Positions 19,715 through 36,430 of a stretch of 64,000 bases of DNA are shown one piece after another; within the stretch, counting starts at the first letter, position 1; each line of letters opens with the position of its first letter. The DNA comes from Rubrivivax sp. (GTDB taxonomy: Bacteria > Pseudomonadota > Gammaproteobacteria > Burkholderiales > Burkholderiaceae_C). The position numbers and the translations under genes are program-made. The stretch is from contig JAIXRN010000050.1 of assembly GCA_027485165.1 (NCBI GenBank), positions 3,266 to 67,265 of the forward strand. Reading direction: 5' to 3'. The notes beneath the pieces were generated by a model. It was not told where the DNA came from and searched no databases. It was given only the letters and a program-made list of their open reading frames with translations.

Positions 19715-19977
19715 TCGGCCCAGAGCGGCCTGCGGCCGCTCTGGGCCCAGGGGCCCGTCCGTTTCGCACCCCCGTGCCCCCGCCAAGCGGGGGTTCCAGA
19801 ATGAAAGACGAGCCGGCCTCGCGGCCGGAAGTGCGTCCGACGTCAGACTACAGGATGGATGGATCGGCCGGCACGCCCCTACGTGGAACAAGCTGGAGCC
19901 CCCTCTTGGAGGGGGCTGGGGGGAGCGGTGTGTCCGGGCCCCTGGGCCCAGAGCGGCCGCAGGCCGCTCTGGGCCGA
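19715..19977. repeat. REP/REPIN- or MITE-like element with 43-bp perfect terminal inverted repeats, each arm a hairpin
   Basis: 19715-19757 is the exact reverse complement of 19935-19977. Each arm contains GGCCCAGAGCGGCC-N3-GGCCGCTCTGGGCC. Confidence 0.9.
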
Positions 19978-19983
19978 GAGCCA

Positions 19984-20707
<724 letters not shown>

Positions 20708-20718
<11 letters not shown>

Positions 20719-21952
20719 TCGCCGGGGCGTCGGCGCGGCGCGTGATGAGCGCATCGCCCGCCTTCACGCTGCCGCTCAGCACCTGTGCCAGTTCGGTGTA
20801 GCGGGTGTTGGCGATGCCCACCGTCACTTCGTGCGGCTGGGGCACCTGGTCGGAGCCCACAGTCCAGACCCGATAGACGCGCTGGCCGCCGCGCGTGCGC
20901 GTCAGCACGCCGTCGTCGCCGGCCATCGTCGCCTGGGGCATGGCATTGGCACTGGCCGTGCCCGCGCCGGGGGCCGAAGCGCCCTGGGGCGATGTTTTGG
21001 CTGCCGCCGCGGCCATGGCCTTGCGGTCTTCGTCGTCGGGCTGGTAGCGCAGCGCCGCGGTGGGCAGGCGCAGCACTTCGGGCTTGCTCTGCAGCACGAT
21101 GCGCGACTGCGCCGTCATGCCGGGCTTCAAGCGTTCGTCGCTGTTGTCCACGCCCACGATGATGTTGTAGGTGACCACGCCCTGCGTGGTCGTGGCGTTC
21201 AGCCGGAACTGCTGCACCACGCCTTCGAATTCGGCGTCGGGGTAGGCGTCGACCGTGAAGCGCACCTTCTGCCCGGGCTGCACCTGGCCGACGTCGGCTT
21301 CGCTGACATTGGTGTGGATCTGCATCTGCCGCAGGTCGCGCGCCAGCAGGAAGAGTTCGGGCGTCTGGAAGCTGGCGGCCACGGTCTGGCCGACGTCGAT
21401 GTTGCGGCGGATCACCACGCCGTCGATCGGGCTGCGGATGACGCTGTTGCCGACGTCGGCCTGGGCCGCGTCGACCTGCGCACGCGCCAGTTCCAGGCTG
21501 GCGCGGGCGGCGTCGTATTCGCGCTGGCTCTGGTCCAGCGCCAGGCCGCTGATGAAGTTCTGCGCCACCAGTTGGCGGTTGCGTTCCAGGTTGGCGGTGG
21601 CCAGCGCCACGCCCGCCTGCGCACTGGCCGCCTGGGCCTGGGCCTGGCGCAGCCGCGCCTGCAGGTTGGCCGGGTCCAGGCGCAGCAGCACCTGGCCGGC
21701 CTTCACGCGGTCGTTGAAGTCGGCCAGGCGTTCCATCACCGTGCCGCTGACCTGGGTGCCCACGGTGATGGTGGTCACGGGCTGCACGGTGCCGGTGGCC
21801 ATCACCACCTGGGTGATGGGGCCGCGGTCCACCAGGGCGGTGCGGTACTTGTCGGGCGGCGGCTTCACGGGTCGCTGCTGCCACCACCAGGCGGCGGCAA
21901 CAGCCAGCACCAGCATCAGGACTGCCAGCACGGCCTTCGTGGAACGTTTCAT
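20708..21952 (-). CDS. Efflux membrane fusion protein (MacA-like)
   Basis: N-terminal TM anchor, lipoyl-like VGTQVSG...VKAGQ and IRSPIDGVV, GQTVAASFQTP, LKPGMTA. Confidence 0.92.
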
Positions 21953-22064
21953 CGGTGGCGATCGGATCGGGCTGATGCGCAAGCACGCGTGGCGAGTGTA
22001 GGCCGCTGCCCTTGGCCCCGTTGGGCCCAGTGCCGCGCCCGCACTTGCGTTAGCGTTGCAGGCC

Positions 22065-22955
22065 ATGACAGCGCCCACCCTCGACGCCCCGGCCTGCCCG
22101 AACTGCAGCCGCGCCCTGGGTGCATCGCCGCCGCCCTTCTGCCCGGGCTGCGGCCAGGAAGTGCGCGTGCGGCCGCCGACGGTGGGCGAATTCCTGCAGC
22201 AGTTCGGCGGCGCCTACCTGTCCACCGAAGGCGCGATGTGGCGCACGCTCAAGCTGCTGTTCACCCAGCCGGGTGAACTGACGCGCCAGTACCTGGCCGG
22301 GCGGCGCAAGCATTACGTGCTGCCGCTGCGCCTGTACCTGACGATGAGCGTGCTGGCCCTGCTGGTGGTGCAGCTGCTGGGCGAAGTCACACCCATCGGC
22401 GGCACCGACGACCCGGCGCTGCAGGCGACGCTGCGCAGCGGCAAGCCCACGGTGGTGGTGAAGCTGGATTACGGCAGCAAGGCCGGCATCCGCGACGGCG
22501 TGCTGGTCTGCGAACGGATGCCGCGCTGGGTGTGCGAACGCATCAGCCAGCAGGTGCGGGCCGACCCACCGGCCTTCCTGGCCAGGCTGCAGCAGGCCAA
22601 CCAGAAGGTGGTGTCCCACTGGGGCCTGGTGATGCTGGTGCTGTTGCCGCTGTTCACGCTGGGCCTGCGCGTGCTGCACGCTGGCAACGGTATGGTCTAC
22701 GCCGAGCATCTGGTGTTTGCGCTGCACCTGCACGCTTTCTGGGCCGTGATGCTGCTGGCCTTGCTGGCCCAGTGGCTGCCGCTGACCGTGCTGGCCGTGG
22801 CCATCATGGTGGTCTACACCATGATGGCGGCGCAGCGGGTCTATGGCGGCCGCTGGTGGACCCGCGTGTGGCAGGGGGTGGTGCTGTCGGCGTATTACTT
22901 TGCGCTGCTCAAAGCCGCGGTGCCGGTGTCGGTGCTGGCGAGCCTGATACTGTGA
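22065..22955 (+). CDS. DUF3667-like membrane protein with N-terminal Zn ribbon, copy 1
   Basis: CPNC...CPGCGQ; WRTLKLLFTQPGELTRQYLAGRRKHYVLPLRLYL; EHLVFALH; several TM helices. Confidence 0.8.
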   Translation: MTAPTLDAPACPNCSRALGASPPPFCPGCGQEVRVRPPTVGEFLQQFGGAYLSTEGAMWRTLKLLFTQPGELTRQYLAGRRKHYVLPLRLYLTMSVLALLVVQLLGEVTPIGGTDDPALQATLRSGKPTVVVKLDYGSKAGIRDGVLVCERMPRWVCERISQQVRADPPAFLARLQQANQKVVSHWGLVMLVLLPLFTLGLRVLHAGNGMVYAEHLVFALHLHAFWAVMLLALLAQWLPLTVLAVAIMVVYTMMAAQRVYGGRWWTRVWQGVVLSAYYFALLKAAVPVSVLASLIL

Positions 22956-23857
22956 ACACGCCCCTGCCCGCAGGCGCCGCGGCCACACCCAAGGTCAGGG
23001 CCTGCCTGAACTGCGGCGAAGCCCTGCTGCCCATGGCCGGCGGCCAGCCGCCGCGCCACTGCCCGGCCTGCGGCCAGGAAACCCATGTGCGGCCGCCCAA
23101 GCTGGGCGAATTTCTGCAGCAGTTCGGCGGCGCCTACTTCGCCACCGAAGGCGCGCTGTGGCGCACGCTGAAGCTGCTGCTGCTGAAGCCCGGCGAGCTG
23201 ACGGCGCAATACCTGGCCGGCCGGCGCAAGCATTACGTGCTGCCACTGCGGCTGTACCTGAGCATCAGCCTGGTGGTGCTGCTGTTGTTCCGCATCTCGG
23301 CCACTGTCAGCCTGGAGTCGCCCGACGCGGTGCAGTTGGGCCAGGGCGAGATCCGCAACGGGTCGCTGAACATCGGGCTGGGCCGCGCGGGGTTGAAGGA
23401 CGGCGTGTTCTATTGCGACAACCTGCCGGGCTGGGTGTGCAAACGCGTCCAGCGCCGGATCGACGTCAAGCCCGAAGCTTTCGCGCAGGTGGTGCGCGAC
23501 GTCGGCAAGAACTTCGTCGCCAACCTGGGTGCGGCCATGTTCGTGCTGTTGCCCAGTTTTGCGCTGTGGCTGAAGTGGGTGTACTTCCCGCGCAGGCTGC
23601 ACTACACCGAGCACCTGGTGTTCGCGCTGCATGTGCATGCGCTGTGGTTCCTGGTGTTCGGCTTGACGCTGCCGCCCTTCGAATGGCTGCAATTGCTGCT
23701 TTTGGCCGTGCCGATCTACACCCTGCTGGCCATGAAGCGCGTCTATGGTGGCCGGTGGTGGGCCTTGTGCCTGCGGGCGGGCCTGGTGTCCACGCTCTAC
23801 GGCATCACGCTGGCGTTCGCGATGGTGGCCGTCGGCCTGTGGTCATTCCTGTTCTGA
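22952..23857 (+). CDS. DUF3667-like membrane protein with N-terminal Zn ribbon, copy 2
   Basis: CLNC...CPACGQ and the same core as the upstream gene; GTGA overlap. Confidence 0.8.
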   Translation: MNTPLPAGAAATPKVRACLNCGEALLPMAGGQPPRHCPACGQETHVRPPKLGEFLQQFGGAYFATEGALWRTLKLLLLKPGELTAQYLAGRRKHYVLPLRLYLSISLVVLLLFRISATVSLESPDAVQLGQGEIRNGSLNIGLGRAGLKDGVFYCDNLPGWVCKRVQRRIDVKPEAFAQVVRDVGKNFVANLGAAMFVLLPSFALWLKWVYFPRRLHYTEHLVFALHVHALWFLVFGLTLPPFEWLQLLLLAVPIYTLLAMKRVYGGRWWALCLRAGLVSTLYGITLAFAMVAVGLWSFLF

Positions 23858-24559
23858 AGCGGCGCCCAACTGGGTGGCCAGCGCGATGAAGTCACTGGCC
23901 ACGACATCAAACTCATCCGGCGTGCAGGCTTCCATCGTCCCGCCCGGCCCGCGTTCCAGCGGCCGCGGCACATAGGCCGTGCGCAGCCCGCAGGCGGCGG
24001 CGGCGCGCAGGTCGCTGGGGTGGCAAGCCACCATCATCACCTGCTGTGGTGGCAGGCCCAGCAGCTTCGCTGCGCCCAGGTAGACCTCGGGGTCGGGCTT
24101 GTAGTGGCCGAAAAGTTCTGCACTCAGCACCGTGTCCCAGGGCAGGCCAGCGTGTTTCGCCATGTTCACCAGCAGGGCCACATGGCCGTTGCTCAGCGTG
24201 GTGACGGCGTAGTGGCGCTTCAGTTGCAGCAAGCCGGCCACGCTGTCGGGCCAGGGCTGCAGGCGGTGCCAGACGTGGTTCAGGTCGGCGGCTGTGGGCT
24301 CGTCCAGCACGATGCCGCGTTCGGCCAGCAGGCGATTCAGGATGCGGCGGTGCAGGCCGTCCAGGTCGGTCCAGGGCAAGGCGCCGCTGCGCACGTCCTG
24401 CATCGCGGGGGCATAGCCAGCGCGCCAGGACAGGGCGAAGGCGCTGGCGCCTTCCGGGCCCAGGGGCAGGCCCAGGCGCTGCACTTCGGCCTGCACGCTG
24501 CCGTGCCAGTCGACCACGGTGCCGAAGACGTCGAAGCACAGGGCGCGGATGGGGTGCAT
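23843..24559 (-). CDS. Haloacid dehalogenase type II (HAD) family hydrolase
   Basis: FDVFGTVVDW, TLSNG, YKPDPEVY and MVACHPSDL motifs. Confidence 0.9.
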   Translation of the reverse strand: MHPIRALCFDVFGTVVDWHGSVQAEVQRLGLPLGPEGASAFALSWRAGYAPAMQDVRSGALPWTDLDGLHRRILNRLLAERGIVLDEPTAADLNHVWHRLQPWPDSVAGLLQLKRHYAVTTLSNGHVALLVNMAKHAGLPWDTVLSAELFGHYKPDPEVYLGAAKLLGLPPQQVMMVACHPSDLRAAAACGLRTAYVPRPLERGPGGTMEACTPDEFDVVASDFIALATQLGAASEQE

Positions 24560-24661
24560 GGCGGTGGCCTGGGTGTTGCGGCCTTCGACGAGGCGCATCC
24601 GGGGCATTCTAGGTTTGCCCCCACTGGCAGGGCGGGGGGCGCGCTGTTCCCGGGCGCCTAA

Positions 24662-26910
<2,249 letters not shown>

Positions 26911-26943
26911 TGTGCCAACCTATCCGCCCAGCCCTGGCCCCGC

Positions 26944-30252
<3,309 letters not shown>

Positions 30253-30328
30253 CGACACCGGCGTGCCAGGCGCAGCGGTGGGCGCCGGCGCCGACCCTCG
30301 TGCCCATGATCCCCTGCTGGAGACATCG

Positions 30329-31396
30329 ATGCCTTTGTGGACCGGGTTGATACCGTTGCTGGCCGGCGCCATGCTGGGCGCGTCGTTCTTCATGGCCCTC
30401 GGCCCTGCAGTGGTGGCGCTGTGCGCCGTGATGCTGGTGGGCGCGGTCGTGGCCGCCGTGCACCATGCCGAGGTCGTGGCCCAGCGTGTGGGCGAGCCTT
30501 TCGGCACGCTGGTGCTGGCCGTGGCCATCACCGTGATCGAGGTCGCGCTGATCATTTCCGTCATGCTGGCCGGCGGCCCGGACAAGGCCACGCTGCCACG
30601 CGACACGATCTTTTCCGCCGTCATGATCATCCTGACGGGTGTGGTCGGCCTGTGCATCCTGATCGGCGGCCTGCAGCACCACGAACAGAGCTTCCGCCTG
30701 GAAGGCGCCAATTCCGCGCTGGCGGCCCTGGTCGCGCTGGCCGGGCTGTCCCTGGTGATGCCCAGCTTCACCACCAGTTCGCCCGGGGGCACCTACACGG
30801 TGTCGCAGCTGGCCTTCGTGGCGGTCTCGTCCCTGCTGCTGTGGGGCGTGTTCGTGTTCGTGCAGACGGTGCGCCACCGCGACTACTTTCTGCCGCCCCA
30901 GCAAGCGGGGAACGAGGACATCCACGCCGCGCCGCCCACCGTGGCCCAGGCCTGGGCGAGCTTCGGCCTGCTGCTGGTGTCCCTGGTGGCCGTGGTCGGG
31001 CTGGCCAAGCAGCTGTCGCCGACCATCGAGGCCGGGGTCGCGGCCATTGGCGCGCCCAAGGCCGTGATCGGCATCGCGATCGCGCTGCTGGTGCTGCTGC
31101 CCGAAACCTGGGCCGCCGTGCGGGCCGCGCGCGCCGACCGGCTGCAGACCAGCATGAACCTGGCCCTGGGGTCGGCGCTGGCCAGCATCGGGCTGACGAT
31201 TCCGGTGGTGGTGGTCGCTGCCGTACTGCTGGACCTGCCGCTGGAACTGGGCCTGGCCCCGAAGGACCTGCTGCTGCTGGCCCTGGCCTGCCTGGTCAGC
31301 ACCATCACCCTGGCCACCGGCCGCACGAACCTGATGCAGGGCGCGGTGCACCTGGTGCTGTTCGCGGCCTTCCTCTTCCTGGCCCTGGTGCCCTGA
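30329..31396 (+). CDS. chaA: Ca2+(Na+)/H+ antiporter, CaCA family
   Basis: VHHAEVVA..VGEPFGTLVL, LLPETWAA and NLALGSALASIGLT motifs; GGAGA RBS upstream. Confidence 0.9.
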   Translation: MPLWTGLIPLLAGAMLGASFFMALGPAVVALCAVMLVGAVVAAVHHAEVVAQRVGEPFGTLVLAVAITVIEVALIISVMLAGGPDKATLPRDTIFSAVMIILTGVVGLCILIGGLQHHEQSFRLEGANSALAALVALAGLSLVMPSFTTSSPGGTYTVSQLAFVAVSSLLLWGVFVFVQTVRHRDYFLPPQQAGNEDIHAAPPTVAQAWASFGLLLVSLVAVVGLAKQLSPTIEAGVAAIGAPKAVIGIAIALLVLLPETWAAVRAARADRLQTSMNLALGSALASIGLTIPVVVVAAVLLDLPLELGLAPKDLLLLALACLVSTITLATGRTNLMQGAVHLVLFAAFLFLALVP

Positions 31397-31399
31397 ACG

Positions 31400-32356
31400 T
31401 CAGATGTCGAAGCTGTCGCCCGGGTCGGCGGCCAGCGCGCGGTCGACCAGGTCGCGCGTCAGCGGCGGCGCGAACTGGGTGATGAAGTCGTAGGCATAGC
31501 CGCGCAGATGGCTGCCGCGGCGCAGCGCCAGCCGCGTGGTGTTGGTGGCAAACAGGTGGCGCGCGTCGATGGCACGCAACGGGCGGTCGCGCTCTTCGTC
31601 GAAGGCGATGGCGGCGATGATGCCCACGCCCATGCCCAGCTCGACATAAGTCTTCACCACGTCGGCGTCCATCGCGGCCAGCACGATGTTGGGCTGCAGG
31701 CCCTGGCGCGCAAAAGCCTCGTCGATGTGCCGGCGCCCGGTGTAGCCGGTCTCGTAGGTGACGATGGGGTAGCCGGCCAGGCGCTGCAGGCTCAGCACTT
31801 CGCCCACGGCTGCCAGCTGCTGCAGTTCGTGCCCGGCGGGCACCACCACGCAGTGTGACCAGGCGTAGCAGGGCAGGGCCGCCAGGTCGGGGTATTCGGC
31901 CAGGGCTTCGGTGGCGATGCCGATGTCGGCTTCGCCATCCAGCAGCCAGCGCGCGATCTGCGGCGGCGACCCCTGGTGCAGCCGCAGCAGCACGCCCGGG
32001 TGCGCCAGGCTGAAGTCGCGCACGGCCGGCGGCAGCGCGTAGCGCGCCTGCGAGTGCGTGGCCGCGATGGTGAGCGTGCCGCTGCCGGCATTGGCGAAGT
32101 CGGCCCCGGCGCGCTGCAGGTTGTCGGCGTCGCGCAGCAGCGCTTCGACCAGCGGCAGCACGGTCTCGCCGGCCGGCGTCAGGCCCGTCAGGCGCTTGCC
32201 GGCGCGCACGAAGATCTGGATGCCGAGCTCGTCTTCCAGTTCGCGGATCTGCCGGCTGACGCCCGGCTGCGAGGTGTGCAGCGCCGCCGCGACTTCGGTC
32301 AGGTTGAAGCCGCGGCGCGCCGCTTCGCGCACAGAACGCAGTTGCTGGAAGTTCAT
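31400..32356 (-). CDS. cysB: CysB/Cbl family LysR regulator
   Basis: MNFQQLR...FNLTEVA..LHTSQPGVS, ATHSQARY, HQGSP, DADVVKTYVELGMGVG. Confidence 0.9.
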   Translation of the reverse strand: MNFQQLRSVREAARRGFNLTEVAAALHTSQPGVSRQIRELEDELGIQIFVRAGKRLTGLTPAGETVLPLVEALLRDADNLQRAGADFANAGSGTLTIAATHSQARYALPPAVRDFSLAHPGVLLRLHQGSPPQIARWLLDGEADIGIATEALAEYPDLAALPCYAWSHCVVVPAGHELQQLAAVGEVLSLQRLAGYPIVTYETGYTGRRHIDEAFARQGLQPNIVLAAMDADVVKTYVELGMGVGIIAAIAFDEERDRPLRAIDARHLFATNTTRLALRRGSHLRGYAYDFITQFAPPLTRDLVDRALAADPGDSFDI

Positions 32357-32399
32357 CGGGGCCCTGGTGACAAGGCCCGATTATCGGTGGCCGCCTGGC

Positions 32400-32909
32400 T
32401 CAGCCCTTGATTTCCGGCACGCGCAGCGAGGCGTCTGCCAGCACCGCGCCCAACGGGTGGGCGACGCCGGCTTCGGCGTCTTCCAGGCAGCGCAGCACCA
32501 GCGGGCTGCGCAGTCGGCCGGCCGCTGCCGCAAGCCGCACCTCATCCAAGGTGCACCACAGCGTGCGCACGATGCCTTCGTCCAAAGCGCGCGCCGGGTT
32601 GGGCGCATCGACCGTGCCCAGGTAGGCGAAGCGCACGTAGGTGACGTCTTCGCCGCTGGCCGGGCGCTGGAAGCGCGACAGGTAGACCCCCAGCAGCGCC
32701 TGGGGCTGGAAGACGCAGGTGGTTTCCTCCAGCGTCTCGCGGCACACGCCTTCCAGCGGCCCCTCCCCCGGTTCCAGATGCCCGGCCGGGTTGTTCAGCT
32801 TCAATCCTTCGGGGGTGTGTTCTTCCACCAGCAGATAGCGCCGCGGCAAGGCCGCGTCGTGCACGATGGCGGCCACGGTGACACTGGGTGCCCAACGGCG
32901 GGTATTCAT
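32400..32909 (-). CDS. Nudix hydrolase (NudJ-like)
   Basis: PSVTVAAIV and Nudix box PAGHLEPGE...RETLEET. Confidence 0.88.
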   Translation of the reverse strand: MNTRRWAPSVTVAAIVHDAALPRRYLLVEEHTPEGLKLNNPAGHLEPGEGPLEGVCRETLEETTCVFQPQALLGVYLSRFQRPASGEDVTYVRFAYLGTVDAPNPARALDEGIVRTLWCTLDEVRLAAAAGRLRSPLVLRCLEDAEAGVAHPLGAVLADASLRVPEIKG

Positions 32910-33036
32910 ACCATGCATGCTAGCCCTGCCTGCCTGGCATGGGTCTTTGTGGTAGCTTCGCAACCCTTTGGCGCCTGCTGGATCGACTCAGAAACCCGGC
33001 CGCCACCACACCCAAGACATTCGCGAGGAGCACTCG

Positions 33037-34632
33037 ATGCTGATAGGCGTTCCGCTGGAGACCGCGGCAGGAGAAAAGCGGGTGGCCACCGTGCCCGAAG
33101 TGGTGGAAAAGCTCGTCAAGCTGGGCTTCCAGGTGGCGGTGCAGGCCGGCGCGGGTGATGCGGCCAACTGCAGCGACGACGCCTACCGCGCTGCCGGTGC
33201 CGAGGTGCTGCCCGACGCGGCGGCCCTGTGGGCCCGGGCCGACATCGTCTTCAAGGTGCGCCCGCCCAGCGCTGACGAAGTGGCCCTGATGCGCACGGGC
33301 AGCATGCTCATCGGCTTCGTCTGGCCGGCGCAGAACCCGGCGCTGATGGAACTGCTGGCGGCCAAGGGCGCCACGGTACTGGCCATCGACGCGCTGCCGC
33401 GCCAACTGAGCCGCGCGCAGAAGATGGACGCGCTCACCTCACAGGCGGGCGTGACCGGCTACCGTGCCGTCATCGAGGCGGCGAATGCGTTCGGGCGTTT
33501 CTTCAACGGCCAGATCACGGCCGCGGGCAAGGTTCCGCCCGCCAAGGTCTTCGTGGCCGGCGCCGGCGTGGCAGGGCTGGCGGCGATCGGCACCGCGGCC
33601 AACCTGGGCGCCATCGTGCGCGCCAACGACACGCGCGCCGAGGTGGCCGACCAGGTGGTGTCGCTCGGCGGCGAATTCGTGAAGGTCGATTTCGAGGAAG
33701 AAGGCTCGGGCGGCGGCGGCTACGCCAAGGTCATGAGCGAGGGCTTCCAGAAGGCCCAGCGCGAGATGTACGCCAAGCAGGCGCGCGAGGTTGACATCAT
33801 CATCACCACGGCGCTGATCCCAGGCAAGCCGGCGCCCAAGCTCATCACCGCCGAGATGGTGGCCACGATGAAGCCGGGCAGCGTCATCGTCGACATGGCC
33901 GGCGAACAAGGCGGCAACTGCGAACTCACCGTGCCCGGCCAGGCCGTGGTGCGCCACGGCGTCACCATCGTCGGCTACACCGACCTGGCCAGCCGCCTGG
34001 CCAAGCAGAGCAGCACGCTGTACGCCAACAACCTGCTGCGCCTGACGGAAGAGCTGTGCAAGACGAAAGACGGCACGGTCAACGTCAACTTCGAAGACGA
34101 CGCGATCCGCGGCCTGACGGTCATCAAGGAAGGCGCCGTCACCTGGCCCGCGCCGCCGCCGAAGCTGCCGCCGGCACCGCCCCCATCCAAGTCCACGAAG
34201 GCCGATGCCGCCCCGACCGCCAAAGCCAAGGGCCACGGTCACGGCTCGGTGGAGCCGATGTCGGCCAAGACGCTGGGCATCGTGTTCGCGGTGGGCGCGG
34301 TGCTGTTCTGGTTCGTGGGCGCGTATGCGCCGGCCAGCTTCCTGCAGCACTTCACGGTGTTCGTGCTGGCCTGCTTCGTGGGCTACATGGTGGTGTGGAA
34401 CGTCACGCCCAGCTTGCACACGCCGCTGATGAGCGTGACGAACGCGATCAGCTCGATCATCGCCATCGGCGCGCTGGTGCAGGTGGCGCCGCCGCTGGAC
34501 GCCGCGGGCGCAGCCGACCGGCCGAACACGCTTATCCTGATATGCGCGGTCGTGGCCCTGGTGCTCACGGCCATCAACATGTTCGGCGGCTTCGCGGTGA
34601 CGCGTCGCATGCTCGACATGTTCCGCAAGTAA
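33037..34632 (+). CDS. pntA: NAD(P) transhydrogenase alpha subunit (fused dI plus TM, E. coli-like)
   Basis: [24 protein letters not shown] and [13 protein letters not shown] in one polypeptide; GAGGAG RBS. Confidence 0.97.
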   Translation: MLIGVPLETAAGEKRVATVPEVVEKLVKLGFQVAVQAGAGDAANCSDDAYRAAGAEVLPDAAALWARADIVFKVRPPSADEVALMRTGSMLIGFVWPAQNPALMELLAAKGATVLAIDALPRQLSRAQKMDALTSQAGVTGYRAVIEAANAFGRFFNGQITAAGKVPPAKVFVAGAGVAGLAAIGTAANLGAIVRANDTRAEVADQVVSLGGEFVKVDFEEEGSGGGGYAKVMSEGFQKAQREMYAKQAREVDIIITTALIPGKPAPKLITAEMVATMKPGSVIVDMAGEQGGNCELTVPGQAVVRHGVTIVGYTDLASRLAKQSSTLYANNLLRLTEELCKTKDGTVNVNFEDDAIRGLTVIKEGAVTWPAPPPKLPPAPPPSKSTKADAAPTAKAKGHGHGSVEPMSAKTLGIVFAVGAVLFWFVGAYAPASFLQHFTVFVLACFVGYMVVWNVTPSLHTPLMSVTNAISSIIAIGALVQVAPPLDAAGAADRPNTLILICAVVALVLTAINMFGGFAVTRRMLDMFRK

Positions 34633-34651
34633 CCGCAAGGCAGACCAGAAC

Positions 34652-36067
34652 ATGAGCGCAAGCCTCGCCACCGTCGCCTACATCGGCGCGATCATCCTGT
34701 TCATCATGAGCCTGGGCGGTCTCTCGAACCCCGAGACGGCACGCCGCGGCAACTTCCTGGGCATGGCCGGCATGGCGCTGGCCGTGGTCGCCACGGTGCT
34801 GGGCCCGCGCGTCACGGCCGCGGGTATCCCGTACATCGTCGGCGCGCTCGTCGTGGGTGGGGGCATTGGCGTTATCGCGGCCAAGAAGGTGCAGATGACG
34901 CAGATGCCCGAGCTCGTGGCCTTGATGCACAGCTTGGTGGGCCTGGCGGCCTGCCTGGTGGGCTTCGCAAGCTACGTGGACACGTCCACCGTGTTCCCGA
35001 CGCCTGTGGAGAAGACCATCCACGAGGTCGAGATCTACGTCGGCATCTTGATCGGCGCTGTCACCTTCTCGGGTTCGATCATCGCCTTCGGCAAGCTCAG
35101 CGGCAAGATCGGCGGCAAGCCGCTGCTGCTGCCGGGGCGCCACCTGCTGAACCTGGTGGGGCTGCTGGTGGTCGTCTACTTCGGCTACGTGTTCTTGCAG
35201 TCGCATGACGTCAACGCCGGCATGTGGCCGCTGCTGGTGATGACGGTGATCGCGCTGCTGTTCGGCATCCACATGGTGATGGCCATCGGCGGCGCCGACA
35301 TGCCAGTGGTGGTGAGCATGCTCAACAGCTACTCCGGCTGGGCCGCGGCGGCCACCGGCTTCATGCTGAGCAACGACCTGCTCATCGTCACGGGCGCGCT
35401 GGTCGGCAGCTCGGGGGCCATCCTCAGCTACATCATGTGCCGGGCGATGAACCGCAACTTCATCAGCGTCATCGCGGGTGGCTTCGGCGGCGGTGCGCCG
35501 GCGCCGGCAGCGGCCGGCGGCACGGCGCAACCGCAGGGCGAGGTGGTGCCGGTGAGCGCGGTGGAAACGGCTGAACTGCTGAAGGAAGCCAAGAGCGTGG
35601 TCATCGTGCCGGGCTACGGCATGGCCGTGGCGCAGGCGCAGCACACGGTGTTCGAGATCACCAAGCTGCTGCGCGACAGGGGCGTGAACATCCGCTTCGG
35701 CATCCACCCCGTGGCCGGCCGCATGCCGGGCCACATGAATGTGCTGCTGGCCGAAGCCAAGGTGCCGTACGACATCGTGCTGGAGATGGACGAGATCAAC
35801 GACGACTTCCCGGCCACGGACGTGACCATGGTCATCGGCGCCAACGACATCGTGAACCCGGCCGCACAGGACGACCCCACCAGCCCGATCGCCGGCATGC
35901 CGGTGCTTGAGGTGTGGAAGGCCAAGACCAGCATCGTGATGAAGCGCAGCATGGCCAGCGGCTACGCCGGCGTGGACAACCCGCTCTTCTACAAAGACAA
36001 CAACCGCATGCTGTTCGGCGATGCGAAGAAGATGCTGGACGAGGTGCTGACGGCCTTGCGGGCCTGA
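34652..36067 (+). CDS. pntB: NAD(P) transhydrogenase beta subunit
   Basis: [48 protein letters not shown] and [10 protein letters not shown] motifs. Confidence 0.98.
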   Translation: MSASLATVAYIGAIILFIMSLGGLSNPETARRGNFLGMAGMALAVVATVLGPRVTAAGIPYIVGALVVGGGIGVIAAKKVQMTQMPELVALMHSLVGLAACLVGFASYVDTSTVFPTPVEKTIHEVEIYVGILIGAVTFSGSIIAFGKLSGKIGGKPLLLPGRHLLNLVGLLVVVYFGYVFLQSHDVNAGMWPLLVMTVIALLFGIHMVMAIGGADMPVVVSMLNSYSGWAAAATGFMLSNDLLIVTGALVGSSGAILSYIMCRAMNRNFISVIAGGFGGGAPAPAAAGGTAQPQGEVVPVSAVETAELLKEAKSVVIVPGYGMAVAQAQHTVFEITKLLRDRGVNIRFGIHPVAGRMPGHMNVLLAEAKVPYDIVLEMDEINDDFPATDVTMVIGANDIVNPAAQDDPTSPIAGMPVLEVWKAKTSIVMKRSMASGYAGVDNPLFYKDNNRMLFGDAKKMLDEVLTALRA

Positions 36068-36076
36068 ATCTTCCAG

Positions 36077-36303
36077 GGCGCCAACGGCGTGCTGAACGCC
36101 GCTACGCATGTGAAGGGCAGCAGCGCCATCCTCGGCATGCCCATCCTGGCAGCAGGCACGGCCAAGCCTGTGATCATGAACAAGCGCTCAATGGCCGGCG
36201 GCTCCGCGGGGCTGGATATCGAGCCGTCCCATATGGGCAAGCCATGATGGTGTCCGGCGACGCGAAGAAGATGGTCGAGGACATGGTCAAGGCGGTGCAA
36301 CAG
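36077..36303 (+). pseudogene. pntB: Degenerate 3' fragment of a second, different pntB (dIII domain), frameshifted
   Basis: Reads GANGVLNAATHVKGSSAILGMPIL...NKRSMAGGSAGLD..., then after a 1-nt frameshift MMVSGDAKKMVEDMVKAVQ. Confidence 0.85.
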
Positions 36304-36323
36304 TGCCCGTTCTGGCGTCTGGC

Positions 36324-36344
36324 GCAGCACCCCGAAGGTGCTGC
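36324..36344 (+). terminator. GC hairpin after the pntB fragment
   Basis: GCAGCACC-CCGAA-GGTGCTGC forms a perfect 8-bp stem, but there is no clear U tract. Confidence 0.35.
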
Positions 36345-36430
36345 CTCTGCGCCCGGCTTTGCCGCTGGCCAGCGCTTCAGAAGCTTTCAGTGGGGGCCGC
36401 CTCTGGCGCCCAAATGAAAATCCGTTACGA

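Noticed and set aside
19715-19977. Autonomous IS or a coding sequence in the inverted-repeat element
   Set aside because: It is too short, has no transposase, and no target-site duplication was seen; the ORFs crossing it are motif-free.
23843-23857. 15-bp convergent overlap of the HAD and DUF3667 3' ends (and near-abutting chaA/cysB stops)
   Set aside because: Short convergent overlaps are common in compact genomes and nothing suggests antisense function.
35914-36417. ORF as an extended or fused transhydrogenase
   Set aside because: It begins out of frame within pntB and picks up only the frameshifted tail of the remnant.
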